A stretch of DNA of 64,000 nt from Podarcis melisellensis (taxonomy: Eukaryota), in the NCBI GenBank assembly GCA_964234715.1, contig OZ174278.1. The stretch is one strand, 5' to 3'. The notes under the pieces were generated by a model. It made no database searches, was not told the origin of the DNA, and saw only the letters and a program-made list of their open reading frames with translations. The translations under genes and the position numbers were made by a program. The stretch's first letter is position 1. Every line of letters starts with the position of its first letter. This document shows, in pieces, positions 42,101-54,177 of this stretch.

Positions 42101-43584
42101 AGATGTCATATGGACAGTTCCCAAAAACATACATGCATCAGAAACATCAATCATGCAGTAATCTCCCGTGTGGAACCACCCTTTGACTGACATAGTCATG
42201 CAGATCAACAAATGAAGTTAGGTAGTTTTTCAGGGAAAGACTATAGGTCACATTAGAGAACACATATTTGCAATCCAAAATTTCAAGGTTCAATCCCTGG
42301 GAATATCAGTTAAAGGACGTTGCCTGGGTTTGGACTAGACGACTAGACGAATTGAAAACCCTTCCAATGATACCATTCTTTTGTTTTATTACCTTCCTGC
42401 CACTCCCCCCCCCCCCCCCGCCATAGTAGGCAGCAGGAAATCCACTGTTGGGAGGTGAGGCATGTGTTGCTATCTCCTCAATGACTGTTCCTGCAAATGA
42501 GGAGTGGAATTTTTATAATTGGATTGGATACAAACCTGTTATTGCATGAATGGAAAGGCTCCTTCCATTTTCACAGGGAATGAGGATCCAGTGAACTCCT
42601 CCACTTCCTTCTGCAGCTCTGAGCTTCACTTTGCACACTGTTCTGGGCTGAAGAGAGGAGGCAAAAATCACTACCCACTGTCAGTAGAGTTGTGCTGAGC
42701 ACAAGTCATAATGTAACCCAGCAAAATGTTTAAGCCAATTCAGTCCACTATGGACTTTAAAGAACAAAAGGTTAAAATAGATAGCCTTTAGTTAACAGAC
42801 TCTGGCAGATTTAGCATACTGATTGAGGCCTGCATGCATGGGTGTTCCTTGCTCTATGTCATATTAATAACGCTTTCTAAACAATAAGCACTTAAACATC
42901 TAGGAGGTATATGAGGTAACTGAAAAATAGATAACCCTTATTTAGATAATTCCTGTTTACAGCCTTATAGTATATGGGCAGGATTCATATAAGAAAGTTA
43001 ATTTCCCCTGAAACATTAGCATCATGTAGATGCTGAGCCAAAGGATGAAAAGAAAGGCGGGGGGAGCTCGGAAAAACATGAGGGAAAAGGCTTAACTTTT
43101 TGTTTCTGTTTTAAAGGAAGCAGTTTGTGTAGTTATGCTGTATAATTTCTTTGTAAAATGTTGTAGTAGAAATCAGAAAGGTATGAGCAAAGACTAAGAA
43201 GAGAGCCTGAGCAAAGAAATGTGCTTCAAATAAAATGAGAAATCACTGTGAGGTCATAAGAGCGCATCATTCGTAGTAGAGAATGGAAAGCCTGTTTATC
43301 AGCTAGACACTATTCAAAGTGCAACGTAATAGTATCTTGATGTATTTATTGACTTAAATATTACAGTATTTGGCATCAGGCATATTAACAAACCAACCTG
43401 TTTACGTGCTGTTCTGTCACTTTCTTCAAAGAGTACCCACACTAAAGCTAGCACAGAGTATAGTGATTTGGTACAACCATCCTTGAGATTGCATGTAAAC
43501 AACCCTATTTTAGGGAATGTGTATATACTCCAGATGATGATTACACATTGCACTATCTTGTACTTACTGCAGTTGCAAAAATAA

Positions 43585-43697
43585 GGTTGAAAGCATGTTG
43601 GTTGTGAGTTTGAGTCCCACTTTGGGCAAAATAATCCTGCTTTACAGGGGGTTGGACTAAATGACCCTCTGGGTCTCTTCCAACTCAATGATTCCAA
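43585..43697 (+). mobile_element. SINE/CR1 3'-end fragment
   Basis: gggggttggactaaatgaccctctgggtctcttccaactcaatgattc resembles the CR1-type 3' terminus. Box-B-like gagtttgagtccc lies upstream. Confidence 0.65.
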
Positions 43698-43964
43698 GTT
43701 AGTAAAGCCTATTGAAATCAAGCCAAGAGAGAAGAAGCTGAGAAGGATTCCCTGTGATCAGGGACAGGGTTCTAGACCCTAGTACTTCTTTGCTGGGATG
43801 GAGAGCCTTATCGTCCTGAGGGTTACCTTCTTTTATGGGCAAGCTTCTGGGGGCCTCATGCCCGTAGCAGGGAGGCAAGAGACAAAAGGGGATGGAGCAG
43901 CAGATATGACTCTTTCTTTTGTATAGTAAGCTACATTTCAAGTACTGTACACAGAAATGAGAGG

Positions 43965-43967
<3 letters not shown>

Positions 43968-43999
<32 letters not shown>
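43968..43999. repeat. (AC)16 microsatellite
   Basis: Read directly. Confidence 0.97.
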
Positions 44000-44003
<4 letters not shown>

Positions 44004-46584
44004 GGCAAAAGTACTTGAGAAAGATGCAGAGCAGGTCTCATGGTTTAGCCTGGGGGCTAAACTAAAGATCTAGGAGGAACACATTCAGTCTCCTCATCTG
44101 AAGTTCTTCATCACTGCCCCACATGAAGCAGAATACTTTATGCAAAAGAAGCAAATAGTAACCAATTTGTATAATTTAAATATGTGGCATAATTCCTTCT
44201 GGACCCCAAATTTGGTTCATATTGTTGCAGAATTTTTGATGGTTTTATTTTTCAGACTGAATACATGCAGGCTGCTTAGTCCACTGCATAATTCTGTGAA
44301 TATAGTTAATATAATAGTTCTAATTAAATTATGAAAGAAGAATATTGCAAATTAGTGCCAGACTATAAGAAATATTTGTTGAATATCATTAAGAAAAATG
44401 TTGAAGGATCGTCTGAGATGGAGATGCAGTTTCATGTCAGGATCTACATGAAAGCTAAATAATTTTATATAAAATTCACTTTTGATTGGATGCTTTTTTT
44501 CATTGTGTTGGAATGGAAACATCCAGTAATCAGCATTTGGGCATCTTGCTTATATGAATTGTTCAAAGGTATTTGGAGTTTAAGGGACAAGCTTCACTTG
44601 TTGTTGCTATGTCATTTGCTAAACAATAACAAAATTGTTCTGTGTACAAGTACAAAAGCACACATTCCAGTCACCACGGGGATCCCACAGAACGTGGTGT
44701 CCTTGTGATGAATGATTCTTGCCATGGCCATAGTAATTGCTGTATTGATTTCTGCCATCACATCGAATTTCCATGCCTCTGCTTTCATTTTTCTGGCCAT
44801 TGACTGTGGGTATCTAGAAGTTATTTCATCTTCATTGTGGTAGACACACAAATGGGTTGGAGAAGGGAGGAACATTCACTGACTGGTCTGCTACACATTC
44901 AAAATTTCTCCCATTTTAGAGAACAAGGTAGATAAGCTATCAGTATTTATTTCAAATTCTCACATTGTTCTCAATATATGAGCATTGCTTACCTATTGTG
45001 ACTGAGAGGATTAGTTCTCAGAGGATAAGGAAGTGAAATAGATGTCTTTTATATAGTGCAGTCTATTATTCATTTAACATAATGGTTTAGGAGACATCAG
45101 CAGCAGCATCTCATTCCCCTAGCCTGATGTTGTTGGATAAAAGTAACAGCTAACAGTTAAGTTTCTGTACATATGATAGTACCAACTGTTTAAACCTATT
45201 TGTTCATTTTCTAAAGCTAAGGATTTGGTTGCATTAATTAGGAAAAGCCTTCCTAAATGTTTTGTGTCTATTTTCTGTGCACCAATTTTATCACTAAACC
45301 AGAAGTGTAGGACGCTTACCCTTGAAAAATCAAGTATCTTCACCAGAGCTGGAATGTAATTAGACTAACATAGCAAATTTAGTCACTCTGCCACTGGTGT
45401 GGAAGGATTGCTATACCTGGTAGATGGTAGGTGACAGATGGGAACTAGCAGAATACAAGCATCTTAGGATATATGTACTGAAGGGGGTCAGAAGAACATC
45501 CAGTGCCAGAACTATTAGCTGCTTCAGGTGATAATATAGGCCAGTTAAAAACATTAGTTCTGTCATGTGTGCCTAATATGCCATCATGAAGTTGGTAGCA
45601 TGACTTCTGTAACTGCATTTCCACACTTCAATGCTAATATATCCGACACACATCTTAATCTTGAATAATTGACATTTATGTTTGTAGTTACTGATGCTCA
45701 TTGAAATTTTTGGAGCCATTTAGAATTGCACTGCTAAAGCATGAAGCATTTATAGTATACTTTGGTTTTATGATGCACTCAAGACCAGATTGTGGGGTTT
45801 TTTTTGCTTTTGTTGTCTTACGACCTGTCCATACTTGCACTTGTCCTGTGCGTAGAAAGCACAGGTCTGAGAGGTCTTCTAATCAGTGCATAGGCACTGG
45901 TCTAGAGTTTTCCCCTTGCTCCCCTCCTTTCCCAGGAAAAAAATGCTCTTTAGCTTTAAATCAGAACAAATGGCAATCCACAAAAAGCCAATTGCTGTTT
46001 GCCCCAACTGAGCACTAAAGAGCAGTATTCCCCAGGGGAAAGCAGTGGAAGAAGAGGAAGTCTGGATAAGCCCTTAATTTTTGATCAGTCTGAAAGAACA
46101 ATTTTTTTATAATTAATTTTATAATGGCACAACACATGAAGTATGGGGGAGAGGGATAGTAGCATGCTTGATTGTAGAAAATAATAAAGAATGAAATATG
46201 TAGCTAAAATAATGCTAGTATTTTTTAAACTGTAGGGCAGTGTCCTTTAAAGTCCTTTAAATGCATAAGCTTCTTTTATGTTTTGATCTTCCAGTGTTCA
46301 ACTGTAACTAGTTTCAAAAAAATTATTAAAGGATCACATAAAAATTAAAAGAAGCGCCCAAACAAGCTTAGCAGCAGAGCAGCAGCAGCAGTGTACAGTA
46401 TTCATTATTTAGGCTTAAATGGCACATAACCTACTTTATTGCATCCTGATAATACTGATTTTTAGATGGCATGGTTCAGTGATGTAAACTGTGACATTTT
46501 AAAAAAATTAATCTTCTAAAACTTTGTTGATTTTACTAATCTTATTAAAAAGGGAAGATTACACTGTGAATATTGTACCTCAAT

Positions 46585-46780
46585 NNNNNNNNNNNNNNNN
46601 NNNNNNNNNNNNNNNNNNNNNNNNNNNNNNNNNNNNNNNNNNNNNNNNNNNNNNNNNNNNNNNNNNNNNNNNNNNNNNNNNNNNNNNNNNNNNNNNNNNN
46701 NNNNNNNNNNNNNNNNNNNNNNNNNNNNNNNNNNNNNNNNNNNNNNNNNNNNNNNNNNNNNNNNNNNNNNNNNNNNNNNN
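46585..46780. other. Assembly gap, 196 N
   Basis: Run of n read directly from the sequence. Confidence 1.
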
Positions 46781-47060
46781 ATCATACACCATCATTTTAG
46801 CTATAGATTATCTCAATGCTGCTTTATTGTGCCTCATCTCAGCAGCATATGTGGATTTAGTCTTGTATGCTTTGACAATGGTTTTTGACATGATCTTTGC
46901 ACATTTATTCTCTAGAGTTCAGTTAACATTAAATCCCAAGCTTGCAAAATTTAGACAATCTTGTATTCCTCAGTTGCATTTATCTGCTCTATTTCACAAA
47001 ACTTTAGATATGCTTTCCACCCTATATAATGTTTGTAGGTTACTATGCAACATTAAACAG

Positions 47061-47299
47061 GAGAGCCAGTGTGGTGTAGTGGTTAAGAGCGGTGGACTTG
47101 TAATCTGGTGAACCAGGTTCGCTTCCCCGCTCCTCCGCATGCAGCTGCTGGATGACCTTGGGCCAGTCACACTTCTCTGAAGTCTCTCAGCCTCACTCAC
47201 CTCACAGAGTGTTTGTTGTGGGGGAGGAAGGGAAAGGAGATTGTTAGCCGCTTGAGACTCCCTAGGGTAGTGATAAATCGGGATATCAAATCCAAATCC
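47061..47299 (+). mobile_element. Squam3-like (Ther1/MIR-derived) tRNA SINE
   Basis: gagagccagtgtggtgtagtggttaagagc (box A), ggttcgcttccc (box B), CORE-like gaccttgggccagtcac...tctctcagcctc, (tccaaa)n tail. Flanking 6-bp repeat aaacag. Confidence 0.85.
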
Positions 47300-48163
47300 A
47301 AACAGTTTGTTACAGTATGAGGTCCTGATTTAATAAAAATAAAAAATTGAATAGACTGTGATGTAACCATATTGTTAAATCCTACATTCTCCATCTCTAG
47401 ACTCCCACCCCACCAGTTCAAATGTATATAAGCAAGAGACACACCTACAGAGTAGATGAAGAAAGTGGTAGAGCCCTGATTCATTGTTGCTGGGAAAGAA
47501 ACAGTGGATAGGGGTTCCATGCCAGGAGCCTCAAGGTCTTCCTTCCTCTACCCATAATTAGACACAGAGCAAGAGGGTAGGGGTGAGGAGTGTGTGGCAA
47601 AAGAACCTGAGTTGGAACTCAGTAAAGCGCAGCCAAAGTAAGAAGCTTTTCAGGGTCCTTTGGGCAGTGCAGCTAGGTGGATGTCAATGTAACTCTCACA
47701 GATGTTGAAATGTAACTTCCTGCCTTGGTTAGGTTTCTTTTACTTTCCAGACAAGGAAATAACAATTAGTATTCTTCACATATTGGTTTCAGCCCCAGAC
47801 AGGCTTGAACCTCCCTTTGTCTATTCTGCTGACAAAGAGAGGGAAAGGTGGGTACACTTAATGAATGCCATCTTTGTGAATGTTACTGAATGCCCTGCCT
47901 GCCTGCCTCTACTGCTGTGCTCTGATTTGTTAAGGAAGACTGGAATCATGTAATAGAATAGGAATGATGGCAATAAAGGAAAGTAAAAATATATAAAGGA
48001 AAGGGAAATAAATATAAATCTTCATATCAAACCATAAACCATCATAGATTGTTGTTTGGTTGCCTGCTAAACATATTGTCAGTATATCATAGGAGTGGCT
48101 TAGAACACAAAATATGATTAGAATTTACAAACACTGTCTTAAGCCCGTCTATATTCAGCTATA

Positions 48164-48382
48164 ACAAAAAAAAATTCCTTCCAGTAGCACCTTAAAGACC
48201 AACTAAGTTAGTTCTTGGTATGAGCTTTCGTGTGCATGCACACTTCTTCAGATACACACAAGTGTGCATGCACACGAAAGCTCATACCAAGAACTAACTT
48301 AGTTGGTCTTTAAGGTGCTACTGGAAGGAATTTTTTTTGTTTTGACTATGGCAGACCAACACGGCTACCTATCTGTAACTGG
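48164..48382. mobile_element. Penelope-like element remnant: inverted pair of pLTR segments
   Basis: ~82-bp inverted repeat (48163-48245 vs 48260-48341, one A indel) followed by gactatggcagaccaacacggctacc. 13-bp flanking repeat atattcagctata / atattaagctata. Confidence 0.85.
48218..48255 (-). ncRNA. Minimal type-I hammerhead ribozyme motif (Penelope-associated)
   Basis: Minus strand reads GUAU-CUGAAGA-A-GUGUGCAUGCACAC-GAAA-GCU-C^AUAC. It has both conserved core boxes, stem I GUAU/AUAC, a palindromic stem II and a palindromic AGCU stem III. Confidence 0.75.
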
Positions 48383-51300
48383 ATATTAAGCTATATTTAA
48401 CATACATACAGGTCACATCCCTGCATAATTTTGCTCAGGTAAATAGTTCCAAAGGGTAATATCCAACATTAGTCATACTCAAGACTAGATCCATTGAAAT
48501 CCATAGATTTAAGTATATTGGGTTATATCCAATGCTAGTCCTACTCAGAGTCGACACATAATGTTGGTCCATTAATTTCAGTTGGTCTGCTTTCAGTACA
48601 CCTTAGTTGAATATAGTATTTTGCTGACCTGCTTTTTAACTGATTCTTTTTTCTTATTTTAAGTTAAACCCTAACTCTGTATTTTTGTTTCATTGTAAAA
48701 CATTTGTTATGATAAACTGGACTTCTATACAATTTAATTAACAATTGAAGATATAAAGGCTTGTTGCTTTTTCTAAACTAAAATATTGATCTTTTGATTA
48801 GTATGTCACTTAAAATATGTATACTGAAAACCCTTTCTTTCCAAATGACACTAAGGAAAACTGTTTTCCTTCTTGGGTACATTCCAGAACAGTTAGAGTG
48901 TTCCTGTTTAAAACAAAAAGCAAGATGTGGAAGAACACTAAAGTAGCCTTTAAAATGTTTTTATAAATGTATATTTATTAATATAGATGTAGGCATAAAG
49001 CTAAAACTCTAGAATTCATTTTTCAGGATGGGGGTGGGATCACAGTCTCAATAATTGTAAAACATAAATCTTACATGACTAACAAAAGTCTATTTGCTGA
49101 TCGTGATAGTTCATAATTTGATAGATCTAAGATGTTATTTAAATCTGAAAATGCACCTTCAATTGGAGTTCCTATTTTATAGCTTTGTAAAATATTTGTT
49201 CTCATTTTTATGTTCTGATCTGATCTTTTACCCAAAAAAGGTTCTTTACTTTCAGTGAGCTCCTATATGTACAAGTTAGAACATTAGTAAAGAAAACTGA
49301 TGGGAAATTAACAAAACCCTCTGTAAATATGGAATTTTTAACTGTATACATCAGTAGCTTTTAGTCTTAATTTTCATGAAAGGTTAGCAACTTGCCTTCT
49401 TAAGACTGATACACTGTTATTTCTGTAAATATGCCCTTGCATATTTATGCTTACACCTTGTACCTTTGCATTAATGTAATGTGTAATATTATAGCATAAT
49501 TTATTAAATATGTTCCTTAAGTAAAAAGTATGCTTATTTTGCAAGATATGGTTTTTATAATGAAAAGTTGAATATGCGTTACACTTCTGAAACACATAGG
49601 ACAAATGCTTGTTCCAAATGATCTGGAGAACATTCCTACACTTTCAGATAAGCATAACTTTATACTAACAGGGGTACCATTTCCATAGTCATTTTGCAGC
49701 CATTATGGTAAATGGGCTGCATTTGAATAGTTGAGAGATATTCTCACAAGTTCACAGAATGGGTCTGCTTCCCCATTTGTAAAACACTAGTATGTTTCTA
49801 TGACCAGGAACAACTTTTAAAATACCACCAAGAGGGAGATGATGATTGTATTGCAAATCCTCATGCTCTGGACATTAGATAAGGCAGCTTTTGAAAACTT
49901 TTTTGGGGGTGCGGGGACAAGAGAGACACCAGGCTAAGGCAGCCAGATACAGAGGACATTTCTTGAAATACCAAAGCCCCCCTCTCCCATGCGCCAGCCT
50001 GATAATCATTTAAAATTAGTAATGATTTTAAAGTTCTTTTACCAGTACCAGACAATTTGATTATAAGCAGAATTTACTTGAACATGTCATTCTCAAACTT
50101 TGGAATGTGTGGATTCCCACAAGAACACAAACTTATTTTGCATTGTTTTTAGTGCATTCTAAGGGATAGTGAAATGGTGCTTAATTTATCAAGTTAAGAT
50201 AATATAGGTAGAGTACGTGAATTATATCAAAAACTGTGACTCACCAATGATTCGCTCTTCTTTTATAGCATCCTGCTTTTAAACACTTTTAATGAGTGAA
50301 GTAAATAAATTTTACTGTTTATTCTACCCAGCAGTCATTTATGCGGAATGTGGAAATTTAGTATTGGGATTTATTATTCAGAATATGGCTGTGATCCTTT
50401 TCAGAAGGTAAATCCCATTGAACATAGTCGGACTTCCTTCTGAGTAGACATACATAACATAGCACCATAACTGTGACTACTCTTTGATTCACTGCAGCAT
50501 GCTATTAGTGGTTAGACACAGAAAGTACTATGGTCTCAAAGCAATCCTAAACATAATTAAGTGGAATTTGTTTTTTTGAAATCAGTGGGACTTGCAAGTA
50601 AATATAGTTATATTTGGACAGTAAATTAGTAGCCAAATATTTTTTCTGGAACAATCCAGAGTATTATTATTATATTACTGTTCCTTAGTGTTTTGCTGTG
50701 CATATTCTTAAATTGTCTTTCAAGTTTAAAATATTCATTGCAATCTTAATATGTTTTACAAAATTTACAAACTGAAATTTCATGATTTATACATGATTTT
50801 TAGATCCCCCCCCCTTCTTACAGGGATCATCATTTGACCGTACCCTTTGTATTGTTTTGGTAATCATAACTTCTATATAGTTTTTATTTAACAGAGCATT
50901 GAAATAAGCCTATTATTTTTCTCAAAGCTCCTGGCTTAAAATTATCTGTGTTTTGTTTTTTGAAAATATGTTTCATTTCCAGGTTTTAAATATATATTTT
51001 ATCACCCTCTTTTTGTGATATTTGTTTCATTTCCCAATCTTGTTATTTCCCTTTTTGGAAGTAGTGGGCATGGAATGATGTTCTGTTTTGGTAGTTTCCA
51101 ATAATGTAAATGATGCCACACAAAGCTAAGTACTAGTAAACTTTAATCAAAGATGGGTTTGCTGCTGGGGAACCTACTATTCTGCCTTCTGGAAAATACT
51201 CCTTTTAAAAAGTGCTTTGGACTAATTTAGTACTCTATATAATGCTGTTTCAACAGACAATGAAGCCGGGGGGGGGGGAGATCCCTGAATATTAATTCTG

Positions 51301-51689
51301 TGTATAAGGTTTCCATTTATGTAAGTGAACAATGGTGTAGTTCTAAATAGACAAATATGTTTTTCAATGTTTATCCATAATTATCCCTTTGATTCTAACC
51401 TATAATTTGTCCCTATAGTCATACAACATTTCATGTTTAGAAGTTTTAAAATTATTCTGTGACTGTCATGTTCTGCTGAGGTTCTGCTGTTAATTCAATA
51501 TGAGCAATCTGATACCTGAAATGATTTTTGCTAAATGAAATGTTTCTCTGCTGTGCTATTTCCCTTGAAGAAATACAATCTTTATCATTAAAGGGTCACA
51601 CATTCTGTATATTTTTTTGTTGTTACTCCCATTTGATTTTTGCTAATTAATAAATATTTTTTAAGCACAGAAACTTTCTTGTATGATGG

Positions 51690-52480
51690 ACAGGACAGTC
51701 CTATGATCTCACTGTTCCTCATAGCCACTGCACTAGGGCTATCGCCAGGGCTAAAGTTGTGCTCAATCAGCACAGCCAATAGCCGTATAAACAAAAGGAA
51801 AGTTTCCTTTACCGGGGGTTGCAGGAACTATGAAGCAGGCAAGAAGACCACTTCTGTGCAAGTGGTGGAAAACCACGTGTGAATCTGAACAAACACAAAT
51901 AAGAATTTGTTATCAAGCCTATGGTGGTGGCATCTACTTCTCTATTACCACCCAACTGAGGAGTTTCATCCATTGGTTCAGGGGCTTACCTGGCTCATTA
52001 AAGCTACCTAGGATCTAGTCTTCTTTTGCTGCATGGTTTTGAATTGTTGAAGCCAAAGGATATGGACAAGTATTTAGATAAGTAGGCCTAAAGCATAACC
52101 ACATATTACTTGCTCTTCTTGGCCTGTAACATCTAGCAGAAAGAAATTGGCTAAGTCCAGGAGGTAGTGAATGCCTCTTTGTGGAATGTGGAGATGGGAC
52201 TGGGTGTGGGTTTTCACCAGAACTGAATGCCATGGTTCTGTAACATGCTCCCTGGACCGCAAAATTGTAACAACTATAACAAACATGATCAAGTCCAGTG
52301 ACCAAGATGCTTGCCTGGACCTGAACAGTGGTAACTGCATAACAGTGTTTGATGAGGACTGGTTTTGGTAATAAAATTTCTTGCCAGCATATTGGAAGAC
52401 CTCTGCAAAGCAGGGTTGACCCTTATCCATATTGGTTTATTACAGCTAGCTGTAGGGAGTTTACTGGGTGAGTCCAGCAA
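51690..52480 (-). mobile_element. Highly decayed DIRS-type tyrosine recombinase relic
   Basis: Ordered frameshifted motifs on the minus strand: EPW, FFLLDVT/PRRASNM (cf. FL.A.TSARRVSEL), RLDP, DSPSAVAM (cf. HSTRAVA). Spacing is plausible. Confidence 0.4.
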
Positions 52481-52589
52481 ATGATTAATACTTCACTGGA
52501 GCAGGGCAGGTGCCACCTGCCTTGAAGAAGGTAGTGGTGTACTCCTTACTTACCTGGACTCAAAAATCTTAAAGCAACTATCACCTAGT

Positions 52590-53455
52590 GTCAAATATCT
52601 CTTTTTTGACACCTCTCGGAGGCACCATCAGGAGATTTGAGATGCAGTACCATCAATATGCAGCTCTCTTTTCCATCTGAAATGGGACGCGGGTGGCGCT
52701 GTGGTCTAAACCACAGAGCCTAGGGCTTGCTGATCAGAAGGTTAGTGGTTTGAATCCCTGTGATGGAGTGAGCTCCCGTGCAAGTAGATAAATAGGTACC
52801 GCCCCAGCGGGAAGGTAAACAGCATTTCTGTGCTCTGCTCTGGTTTCGCCAGCATGTGGTCATTCTGGCCACATGACCCGGAAGCTGTACCCCGGATCCT
52901 TCGGCCAGTAAAGTGAGATGAGCGCGACTGGACCTAATGGTCGGGAGTCCCTTTACCTTTTTATTCCATCTGAATCAGGAGAGAGAGCTGAGATATTTGA
53001 CTGATAACTGGAGGTGGTGATGGATTGGATGTGAGACAGTAAAATGAAGCTGAATCTTGAAAAGGGGTTTCATGTGTGAGTGGTGGGGAGGCAGCCTGAT
53101 ATGGATGGGGTTGCACGCCTCTGGAAGGAGCATGTTTGCAGCTTGGGGTGTTCCTGGGTCTCAGGTGGCCTTGGTAACTAGAGCCCCTTTTTCTGCTTTG
53201 GCTGGTTTACCAGCTATGGCCGTTTTGGACAGAGATGACTTGGCCACAGCACTCCAAACTCTGGTAACTTCCAAATTGGATTATTGCAATGTGATTTATG
53301 TGAGGCTGCCTTTGAAGACAAGTCAGAAATTTCAATTGGTCCAAAATGCAGTGGACAGATTACTGGCTGGGGTTCTGTTTAGATCTTGTGTGACCTTTGT
53401 TTTAAAATAGCTGCACTGGTTGCCAGTCTGTTTCCAGACCAATTCAAAGTGCTTA
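52590..53455 (+). mobile_element. L2 LINE fragment interrupted by a Sauria SINE
   Basis: catcaatatgca (HQYA), DRDDLATALQTLVTSKLDYCNVIYVRLPLKTSQKFQLVQNAVDRLLAG and ctgcactggttgcca (LHWLP). Confidence 0.85.
52684..52963 (+). mobile_element. Sauria SINE with two internal deletions
   Basis: Same head, gtgcaagtagataaatagg core and cctttaccttt tail as the copies at 36956 and 62511. 11-bp TSD ttccatctgaa. Confidence 0.93.
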
Positions 53456-54177
53456 CATGTTCCCTAGTGCTGCAGTAGAGCAAGACATTCCATTCATTGG
53501 TGTTTTGAGTGCTCTGTGTATCTCGGGGAAAGTGAAAGATAAAGGGTGTTGGGGAGTCCTAGTCATTGTTTGTGGTCCTGCTCCATTGCTTATTCATGCA
53601 GGGTGGAGTGACTTCTCCTTGCATCTCTAGTTGTAGCAAGAGTTAGCAGTGCACCCTTCTCACTTTGTTGTAAGTCTTGGCTTTTTGTGCAAAGGGGACT
53701 TTTACTGCAAAAGTCTCACTGGGTGTCTATAGGTTCAGTCCCCCAGGATGCTCCAGATGTGTAAACATATCAAATGTCAATGTATGTTCATAGAGAGACT
53801 TATAAGCCATCCGCCATTTCCAACAGATTATAATTCAAGGATGCTCTGTTGGACCTTTTATGTGTAAAACTCGTGATTACAAGGAAACTTGAGAAGCTTT
53901 AATGTTTGAATGGATTATTTCAAGCTTTTTTCAAGTTAAAATGTTTACATAAAGTTTGCAATAAATCAATGTAGATTCATAATAAATTACACGTGATGCC
54001 ATTTAACCAGTACCATGAATTAGAAATTATTTGGTATATAACTAGCCGAAATACTTGTTGCTTCCACGTAAGTTGTTTCTATGTGTTTAGTTCATGTGTT
54101 TTGCAAACATAACTCAAATTGTGGGGTATTTCTATAGCCAAGTTCCCTGCATATTAGGACAGGTCAAACTTTCTTCC

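Noticed and set aside
46516-47111. ORFs of 71-195 aa across 46.5-47.1 kb
   Set aside because: Artefacts of translating the N run.
52171-52371. Trp/Cys-rich 66-aa + strand ORF as a possible micropeptide
   Set aside because: No splice, promoter or homology support. It is better explained as the antisense of a decayed retroelement.
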